Assembly: GCA_964489085.1 (NCBI GenBank) | Contig: CAZAXO010000003.1 | Span: 1-34,344 of the forward strand | Length of the DNA stretch: 34,344 nt | From: an uncultured Candidatus Bathyarchaeia archaeon | GTDB lineage: Archaea > Thermoproteota > Bathyarchaeia > 40CM-2-53-6 > DTGE01 | Direction: 5' to 3' | Shown: positions 27,671-34,344 of the stretch, piece after piece | Numbering within the stretch: position 1 is the first letter of the stretch | How the letters are laid out: every line of letters starts with the position of its first letter | Translations under genes and position numbers: made by a program | The notes under the pieces: model-generated | Databases searched by the model: none | What the model saw: only the letters and a program-made list of their open reading frames with translations | Told to the model about the DNA's origin: nothing

Positions 27671-29566
27671 CTAAGTTCCAGGGTATGACAGAAGAGATTG
27701 AGGTAACACTTCTCTAAACCAGTCAGGTAGTTGATACCACCACTTCTTTACTAATGGATTGAAGCTGCCGTCTATAATATAGAATCGAGCTTGATCATCT
27801 TCTGCTCGTATCGCTCGACCATAGGCTTGCATTACATCTGTTAATGTTTGATTCTCGTACCATTGACGGTTACCCAAGTCTAAACGTCTTCTAACTCGTT
27901 TATCACCCAAATCTGGGAATGGAACTTTCAATAGAATTTGAGCATCACAGATATCATACTTCCAGTCTTGCCCCTCATTAAAAGCGACAGAGACAAACAC
28001 TTTTCCACGAGAAGACATCCATTCATCCAGTTTTTGTTCACGATTCTTATTTGTGTGGATGATGAGGCGCGATTTTAGATCGTCCGAAATATTTTTTACG
28101 ATATATTGTTGATGTAGGTAACTGTGACAGTGTATAGCTACATTCCCTGTTTCTTTTTTTAGTATATCTTCTATTGTCTGAAGAGCTCGATACTTGTTTT
28201 TATCCCATCCTTGTCGTGACAATGGACCTACAGTCGCATCAATGATTGGACGATTCTGAGGTTGGAACGTACTAGGAACTTTGAGATAGCTGATCTCATC
28301 GATCGCAAGTATATCGAGGAGCCCTGTTAACTTCGCATATTCTCGCGGGTTGAGGATAGTGGCTGAAGAAATGATGTAATGGTCAGCACGTTTCCAAATC
28401 ATGCGATCCATGAATGCCTGTGCAAAAACAGGTTGGAGGATTAAATTGTTATTTTTGATTTGCCATACCCATTCACAATGAGAGTTTTTATAGAGAGTAT
28501 ATTTTGCAAGATATCGATCAATCTTTTCTAGATCTTCAACTTGATCAATCGATAGCCCAGTAATCTTCGTTATTGTTTTGGCTTTTCTTAAGATTTGGTT
28601 TAGTTGTTCTTCAAGATTTTGGAGAAATTCTAAAAGCTGTCTTTCGTTTTTTATTGTAAGGAGTTGAGGTAGAAGTTTTTGGTAGATTCTGTATGGAATA
28701 GTAAAAGGAGATACACGTATCGAAATATGGTTTAAGCATATATTTTCTATATTATGCGCTTCATCTAATATGAGTAAACTTCTTTTTCCTAAGTAGGTAT
28801 TGGATGTTGCTTCTGATTGTCCTTCAGCTATTAGATATGAGAAGCTTGATAATACGCTTTGAGCATTTAGAGCTTTCTTCTTTTGAATCCAGTAAGGACA
28901 GACATCATATCGTTCTTTGCACGCATAGTCGTCGGTTATGCATTTCCCCATATTTACTGTACGTATAGGGTGGTGATAACATCGATAGTTTTGGCGTCCT
29001 TTGATTTCAACAAATCTTGATTGTAAGAGTGGATCCTTCATGATTTGGTTAATTAGTACAAGTTGTGGTGTAGTGTAGAAAGAATCGATAAGTGAGCTGA
29101 ATGCGGTATTCACATAGGATTTTCCAAATCCTGTTGGAGCAGCTAAAATGATGCATTTTTTCCCTGTTTGAAATGCTTCAATAGCTTCACGCAAAATATC
29201 TTTCTGGTAAAGTCGCATAGTTTGGCTTGGAAAAGTGTTAAGTAGATCATGTATGGTCAGTTGCTTAGGAAGTTTTTTGATCTTTTGTTGAGTTGAAAAG
29301 CTTTGTGTTGATACTTGAGTACTTTGAGGTACTTTCTTTCTACTTATCGTGTTCTGATGATTCTGAGACCTTGGAGATGCCTGAAAGATACAGTCTAATT
29401 GGTCGCAGTGCATACAGAGTGTTGCTCCTCTACGAAAAGTATGAGGCCAACCTTTACTATAAGCGTATTCACAACGTATTAGATCGGGAGCTTCTATAAT
29501 CTTAGGCATTTGAAGATTTTTCACCTTGACTAGATAGTTGTCTTGTATGCTAGCAAATAATTTCAC
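27671..29566 (-). CDS. DinG/Rad3-like SF2 helicase with Cys-rich N-terminal extension
   Basis: Q motif (MRLYQ), APTGFGKS, KGRQNYRC plus three further Cys, DEAH, SSATI, KVPFP, QAYGRAIRAEDD. Confidence 0.88.
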   Translation of the reverse strand: MKLFASIQDNYLVKVKNLQMPKIIEAPDLIRCEYAYSKGWPHTFRRGATLCMHCDQLDCIFQASPRSQNHQNTISRKKVPQSTQVSTQSFSTQQKIKKLPKQLTIHDLLNTFPSQTMRLYQKDILREAIEAFQTGKKCIILAAPTGFGKSYVNTAFSSLIDSFYTTPQLVLINQIMKDPLLQSRFVEIKGRQNYRCYHHPIRTVNMGKCITDDYACKERYDVCPYWIQKKKALNAQSVLSSFSYLIAEGQSEATSNTYLGKRSLLILDEAHNIENICLNHISIRVSPFTIPYRIYQKLLPQLLTIKNERQLLEFLQNLEEQLNQILRKAKTITKITGLSIDQVEDLEKIDRYLAKYTLYKNSHCEWVWQIKNNNLILQPVFAQAFMDRMIWKRADHYIISSATILNPREYAKLTGLLDILAIDEISYLKVPSTFQPQNRPIIDATVGPLSRQGWDKNKYRALQTIEDILKKETGNVAIHCHSYLHQQYIVKNISDDLKSRLIIHTNKNREQKLDEWMSSRGKVFVSVAFNEGQDWKYDICDAQILLKVPFPDLGDKRVRRRLDLGNRQWYENQTLTDVMQAYGRAIRAEDDQARFYIIDGSFNPLVKKWWYQLPDWFREVLPQSLLSYPGT

Positions 29567-29620
29567 GATTTATAATAGAATAAAAGTAAAAAGTTTATCT
29601 TTATAATAAACATATTAGAT

Positions 29621-30508
29621 TTACATAGGCTTACGCTCATTGAGAAAATATTTTTGAAATTCTTTACTATTTTTCTGATGCATATAGAAGGTATGTTCGT
29701 TACTTGGAAATTCTTTATTGTTTGTTTCTTCTATAAAATTTTTTAATGCTTTTATGATTATCTTCCTTAGATTAGCATATTGTTTCGAAAAAGGAGGCGT
29801 TGTATCAGATATCCCTAATATATCTGTTATAACTAAAATTTGTCCATCACAAAAAGTACCTGCTCCAATACCGATTGTGGGTATCGATAAGAGATTAGTA
29901 ATTACTTTCGCAACCTCAACAGTTACAAACTCTAATATTACCGCGAAAACATTTGCTTTCTCTAAAGCTTTCGCATCTGAGACAAGTTTTTTAGCTCTTT
30001 CAAGGTCTTTTCCATGTACTTTGATTCCACCGAGTTTAGAAATTTTTTGTGGGGTTAAACCTATATGACCCATAACTGGGACACCTGCATCAACGATGGA
30101 ACACGCAATATCCGCTATTTCAACTCCTCCCTCAATCTTGACAGCATCTACTCCAGTGGTCTTCATCAAATATAACGCATTTTTAACGGCTTCTCTTCCA
30201 CCCATTTCATAGGACATGAAAGGCATATCGATTATAGTAAAGAGGTTTGAGGCTCCTTTTACAACAGCTTTTGCATGGTGGATCATATCATTCATAGTAA
30301 CGGGTATCGTATTTTTATATCCAAGCATTATAGGTCCTACAGAATCGCCAATTAATACGGCGTTTAATCCTGATTCCTCAACAAATTTTGCTGTTGGATA
30401 GTCATAGGCTGTTGTCATAGTAATCATTCTACCTTTTTTCTTCGCATCCATGAAACCATCTACAGTTAACTTTTTTCGTTTCATACATCCTTCTACCATC
30501 TTATTCAA
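29621..30508 (-). CDS. panB: 3-methyl-2-oxobutanoate hydroxymethyltransferase
   Basis: TAYDY, LIGDS, DMPFMSY, VKIEGG, GHIGLTPQ, IGIGAG..CDGQILV. The true start may be the second Met. Confidence 0.96.
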   Translation of the reverse strand: MNKMVEGCMKRKKLTVDGFMDAKKKGRMITMTTAYDYPTAKFVEESGLNAVLIGDSVGPIMLGYKNTIPVTMNDMIHHAKAVVKGASNLFTIIDMPFMSYEMGGREAVKNALYLMKTTGVDAVKIEGGVEIADIACSIVDAGVPVMGHIGLTPQKISKLGGIKVHGKDLERAKKLVSDAKALEKANVFAVILEFVTVEVAKVITNLLSIPTIGIGAGTFCDGQILVITDILGISDTTPPFSKQYANLRKIIIKALKNFIEETNNKEFPSNEHTFYMHQKNSKEFQKYFLNERKPM

Positions 30509-30607
30509 TTAAATGTGCCTCTAAAAAAATGGATCGAAGAACATGTTCTATTATTTTTTTTAACGAAAAGACATCGTAGCAATCTTGCTAAGTTACATTA
30601 AATTTTT

Positions 30608-30979
30608 TTAAAAAGGTGGATCATCAGACTTTTCTAGTTTATGTAACCATTTTGTTACTTGACTCAATAGTTTATTATTAGATACATTAAAGATAGTGAT
30701 TGGAATATTTCCTTTTGATGTTATTGTTGGTTGATATTGATCGAGTTCAGTGAAAGTTATATTAGCCCAATGTACTTTATTTTGTAGTTGTTCACTAACA
30801 ACGTCTTCAGTATGTTCCATTCCAATAAAAAAGAATAGTATTCGATCTGACCAATACAAAGGTTGAGCTTTGCCTCTTTGAACATTCAAAGCTTGCCGTT
30901 CGATCATTTCATCAGTTTCTAATTTGACAATCTCATGAATAATGATTTCCTCAAACGGCTTAAAAATAATTTTTACCAT
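30608..30979 (-). CDS. Hypothetical protein
   Basis: 123-aa ORF with globular composition and an AT-rich upstream region; no function recognised. Confidence 0.75.
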   Translation of the reverse strand: MVKIIFKPFEEIIIHEIVKLETDEMIERQALNVQRGKAQPLYWSDRILFFFIGMEHTEDVVSEQLQNKVHWANITFTELDQYQPTITSKGNIPITIFNVSNNKLLSQVTKWLHKLEKSDDPPF

Positions 30980-31390
30980 AACGGTAATAGTATATTTTTA
31001 TGAATAAAAGTTGATGGGTATTATTCACATATTCATATGTATTATTGCTACCTTCAATATTGATGGTTTTCATGAGTTAACTACTAATCAGCAAGTAATA
31101 ATATCCCCGACATTAAGGTGTGGAAGTACCCTTGCAAATGAATGGAAGAATAAACCACGTTCTAATAGGTTCCTATGTAGACTAATATCGTAAATCATCT
31201 TACATTTACTTCAATAAAAAACAGAGAAATAAGGTAGATTGGATGTGGCTTTAAATCAATAAAAGTTTAATTATTATGAGAAATTTTCTTTCTTCCCAGA
31301 GATAGCTTACGAAACTAAATATTGGTTATATACAGGTTGTTCTTTTAACAAGTTTTGATAATTATATGTGGATAAGATAATGGCCTCTAT

Positions 31391-32827
31391 ATGGTGTATC
31401 GAATGCCTCGATATGGTCGAGTTACAGAAGGATTAGTAAGTGAACTTGAAGGTATTGTAGGATCTGAAAATGTTACAACGAGGGCTGAGGAGATCCTATG
31501 TTACATGAGAGATTCCTCACCATTGAAATGTAAAGCTGATGTGATTGTTAGAGTAACTACCACAGAACAGGTTGCTGCTATTCTCAAGGTAGCTAATGAG
31601 AATAGGATTCCTGTGACATCTAGGGGTGCTGGAACTGGTGCAGCCGGTTCAGCGTTACCAGTTATTGGCGGGATTATTCTTGATATGTATTGTATGAATA
31701 AGATACTTGCTCTTAACGTTGATAATCAGATTGTTATTGTTGAGCCTGGGCTTGTATGTGATACACTTAACGAAGAGTTGCTGAAATATGGTTTTTTCTT
31801 TCCACCAGATCCTGCGAGTAGTCCGGCTTGTACGATTGGGGGGATGGTGGGAAATGATGCTGCGGGAAATAAAGCGATAAAATATGGTTCAACTCGAGTT
31901 TTTGTTTTATGGCTTGAAGTAGTATTGGCTAGTGGAGAAATTATCTATACTGGTTCTAAGACGTTGAAATCTGTTTCAGGTCTTGACTTAACTCGGTTAT
32001 TTGTCGGTTCTGAAGGATCTCTGGGAGTGTTTACAAAGATCTGCTTGAAGATAGTGCCTTTACCAAAGTACTATGCAACTGGTGTTTTAAGTTACGATTC
32101 TGTTGAGGCGTTAGTGAAGTCATCAATGAAAATTCGACGAGCGAGAATTATTCCAGAGATGATAGAGTTTATGAATAAGAAAACAATGAAGGCCGCTTTT
32201 GAATATGCTGGGATAACAGATTTTCCAGATGGAAATTTTATGATGATAGATATTGGTGGTGACGCTGAGGAAGCCGTTGCAGAAAGTCTTAATAAGTGTA
32301 TGAAGATCTGTAAAAATGAGAAGCCAAGACACTCTGAGAAGACGACAGATTCTATGTATAGATTGAAATTTATTTCAGCAAGAAAAGCTGCTTTACCAGC
32401 TCTAGCAAGGATTAAGCCAACAACGACTATGGAAGACTGTACTGTTCCCCCATCAAAACTTCCTGAGGCTGCTAGAAAAATAGAGGAAATTCCTACCCAA
32501 TTAGCTGTTGAAGGGATTGAAATAGGTAATTTCGGTCATATTGGGGATGGAAATATGCATCCTACCTTTCTATATGATGAGCGCATAGAAGAGCAGAGAA
32601 GTGCGTTCTTGAAAGGATTGGATATCCTTTATCATAATATTGTCTTTCCACTTGGAGGAAGTATCACCGCAGAACATGGTATTGGATTAATTCGAGCACC
32701 ATATCTACAGGAGGAGCATCCAACAGCGCTTAAGTGGATGAGAGAACTAAAGAAACTCTTTGACCGAAACTTGATCCTCAATCCTGGAAAAGGAAAAGGA
32801 GGCCCCTATCCTCTTGAAAGAAACTGA
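31391..32827 (+). CDS. FAD-linked 2-hydroxyacid oxidoreductase (GlcD/D-lactate dehydrogenase family)
   Basis: RGAGTG, FPPDPAS, TIGG, KYG, GSEGSLG, GHIGDGNMH, AEHGIG, LNPGK. Confidence 0.93.
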   Translation: MVYRMPRYGRVTEGLVSELEGIVGSENVTTRAEEILCYMRDSSPLKCKADVIVRVTTTEQVAAILKVANENRIPVTSRGAGTGAAGSALPVIGGIILDMYCMNKILALNVDNQIVIVEPGLVCDTLNEELLKYGFFFPPDPASSPACTIGGMVGNDAAGNKAIKYGSTRVFVLWLEVVLASGEIIYTGSKTLKSVSGLDLTRLFVGSEGSLGVFTKICLKIVPLPKYYATGVLSYDSVEALVKSSMKIRRARIIPEMIEFMNKKTMKAAFEYAGITDFPDGNFMMIDIGGDAEEAVAESLNKCMKICKNEKPRHSEKTTDSMYRLKFISARKAALPALARIKPTTTMEDCTVPPSKLPEAARKIEEIPTQLAVEGIEIGNFGHIGDGNMHPTFLYDERIEEQRSAFLKGLDILYHNIVFPLGGSITAEHGIGLIRAPYLQEEHPTALKWMRELKKLFDRNLILNPGKGKGGPYPLERN

Positions 32828-33977
32828 TACACCTCTGAAAAACTCTTCACTTAGAGAATTCAAAGAGGATGTACAGAAATGTATGCGATGCGGTTTTTGT
32901 GTAGCACTCTGCCCAGTAGAGGAGTATATGGGATTCGAGTCGAATAGTCCAAGAGGCAGGATGCAAACGATTAAAGCATTAATCGACGGAGATCTGAGAG
33001 TTAACGAGTATCTTATGACGAGACTCTATAATTGTACGCTATGCGGCTACTGTAAATGGCGGTGCCCTCCAGGAGTTAACACCGTTGACGCGATACAAGA
33101 GACTCGAACATATTTTGTTGCAAACAACTGCTACCCTGATATTCACGCTGAATTTGCACAGAGAATAACGAAGTATAAAAATCCATACGCTGAGCAGCAG
33201 ACAAAGCGTCTTCTATGGATGTTGACATCTCAAAAGTTACCGAAAAAAGCTGAAGTAATCTATTTTGTTGGCTGTACCTCAGCATTAAGATCACCGGAAA
33301 TTGCCGAGTCAACATTTCAATTACTAGCTAGCGCTAATGTAGACTTCACGGTTATTCCTGAGGAGATCTGCTGTGGCTCAATTATGTTAAGAACAGGAAA
33401 TACAGAAATTGGGAAGAGACTTGCTGAGAAGAATATAGAGATGATTGAAGCGAGTGGAGCGTCAACCATAGTATTTTCATGTCCTGGCTGCTACAAAACA
33501 TTCTCAACCGATTATCCGAATCTTTTAAAGGAATCTATAGATTTTGAGTTGAAACATATTTCTGAGTACCTCGTAGAAATGGATCAGCTACAGTTCAGTA
33601 TACCGATGAAGAAAAGAGTTGTGTATCATGATCCATGTCATCTTGGCAGACATTTAGAGATTTTTGAGCCACCTCGAGAGGTGATCAATCGAATACCAGG
33701 AGTAGAATTAGTTGAAATGGAGCGAAGTAAGATGAGCTCATTCTGTTGTGGTGCTGGAGGAGGCGTTCGAGGAGCCTACCCTGATATTTCCCTTCAAATT
33801 GCTGAAAAGCGAGTAGAAGAAGCTACTGCAACTCAAGCAATGATACTCTCCTCTGCTTGTCCATTTTGCAAAAGAAATCTGAAAGATACAGTAAAAGAAA
33901 GGAAAAAAACTATGAAAGTACATGATATCGTTGAATTAGCCGCTAAATCTATTAAAAAACCTAGACTAACATTGTAG
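32814..33977 (+). CDS. Fe-S oxidoreductase, GlcF/HdrD-like (two 4Fe-4S motifs plus two CCG domains)
   Basis: CMRCGFCVALCP, CTLCGYCKWRCP, YFVGC, ICCG, CPGC, YHDPCHLGR, FCCGAGGG, ACPFC; overlaps the upstream gene by 14 nt. Confidence 0.93.
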   Translation: MKETDTPLKNSSLREFKEDVQKCMRCGFCVALCPVEEYMGFESNSPRGRMQTIKALIDGDLRVNEYLMTRLYNCTLCGYCKWRCPPGVNTVDAIQETRTYFVANNCYPDIHAEFAQRITKYKNPYAEQQTKRLLWMLTSQKLPKKAEVIYFVGCTSALRSPEIAESTFQLLASANVDFTVIPEEICCGSIMLRTGNTEIGKRLAEKNIEMIEASGASTIVFSCPGCYKTFSTDYPNLLKESIDFELKHISEYLVEMDQLQFSIPMKKRVVYHDPCHLGRHLEIFEPPREVINRIPGVELVEMERSKMSSFCCGAGGGVRGAYPDISLQIAEKRVEEATATQAMILSSACPFCKRNLKDTVKERKKTMKVHDIVELAAKSIKKPRLTL

Positions 33978-34060
33978 TGATGCTAGCTAGTATTGAAAGA
34001 TAATCGATAACTTCTTATTTCATATGTCGAGTCATTGGATAAGCGTAGTGGAATGATGTT

Positions 34061-34344
34061 TTGAATGCGATTGATACTCTCTTAGACTCTACTCCTATTC
34101 CCTCCATGGTGAAAGTTAAACAATATTTTGAAAGACCAAGAATTACAAATATTGAAGGTGAATTACGAGATAAATTACACAAAAAAAGAGTGTTCTCAAA
34201 TATTAAAAAAAGACAACAAATTGCCATTGCCGTAGGGAGCCGTGGAATAAACAAGCTTCCAATGATACTTAAAATCCTTAGTAATACACTGAAAGAGGCG
34301 GGAAGTGTTCCCTTTATTATTCCTGCTATGGGAAGCCATGGGGG
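34061..34344 (+). CDS. Lactate racemase (LarA)-domain-like protein, 3'-truncated by window edge
   Basis: Not in ORF track. From TTG 34061: ...PSMVKVKQYFERPRI...IAIAVGSRGI...PFIIPAMGSHG, open to the window end. Confidence 0.75.
   Translation, partial: MNAIDTLLDSTPIPSMVKVKQYFERPRITNIEGELRDKLHKKRVFSNIKKRQQIAIAVGSRGINKLPMILKILSNTLKEAGSVPFIIPAMGSHG

Noticed and set aside
27671-29566. Type IV CRISPR CasDinG or a defence island
   Set aside because: No csf/cas genes, array or defence neighbours; the flanks are housekeeping genes.
31011-31193. 60-aa ORF in the divergent intergenic region
   Set aside because: No motif or RBS; likely non-coding or decayed sequence.
1162-33923. Many short ORF-track entries antisense to or nested in long genes (e.g. 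2955-3272, 4533-4883, 14910-15245, 16185-16559, 29718-30068)
   Set aside because: Shadow frames of well-supported genes with no independent motifs.
34015-34254. 79-aa minus-strand ORF from the track
   Set aside because: Antisense to the better-supported LarA-like ORF on the plus strand.

Overview
Archaeal chromosomal window. The gene content, BRE/TATA-like promoters, F420 enzyme, DUF835 fusion and PGF-type sorting signal suggest a TACK archaeon such as Bathyarchaeia, which is inference only. Left part: a partial receiver domain, a PAS-PAS-PAS-GAF-DUF835 protein, two surface proteins, two unannotated zinc-ribbon microproteins and a roadblock-like protein. Middle (about 6.7-18.9 kb): a mosaic of APC permease, a PfkB pseudogene, PMM plus a mannose-6-P isomerase cupin, a P3A H+-ATPase and an AT-rich P2 ATPase/CPA2 antiporter pair. 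It is bracketed by five degenerate tRNA 3'-end remnants, with no intact tRNA or integrase seen. Right part: an IMPase, a cluster of MBL hydrolase, F420-dependent LLM dehydrogenase, EryI/DerI-like RpiB, DhaK and DhaL (candidate F420-dependent tetritol pathway), then msrA, YkgJ, a DinG-like helicase, panB and a GlcD/GlcF/LarA-like operon. The palindrome AGCTAGCT recurs at intergenic junctions. All family calls come from motifs recognised by eye; no searches were run.
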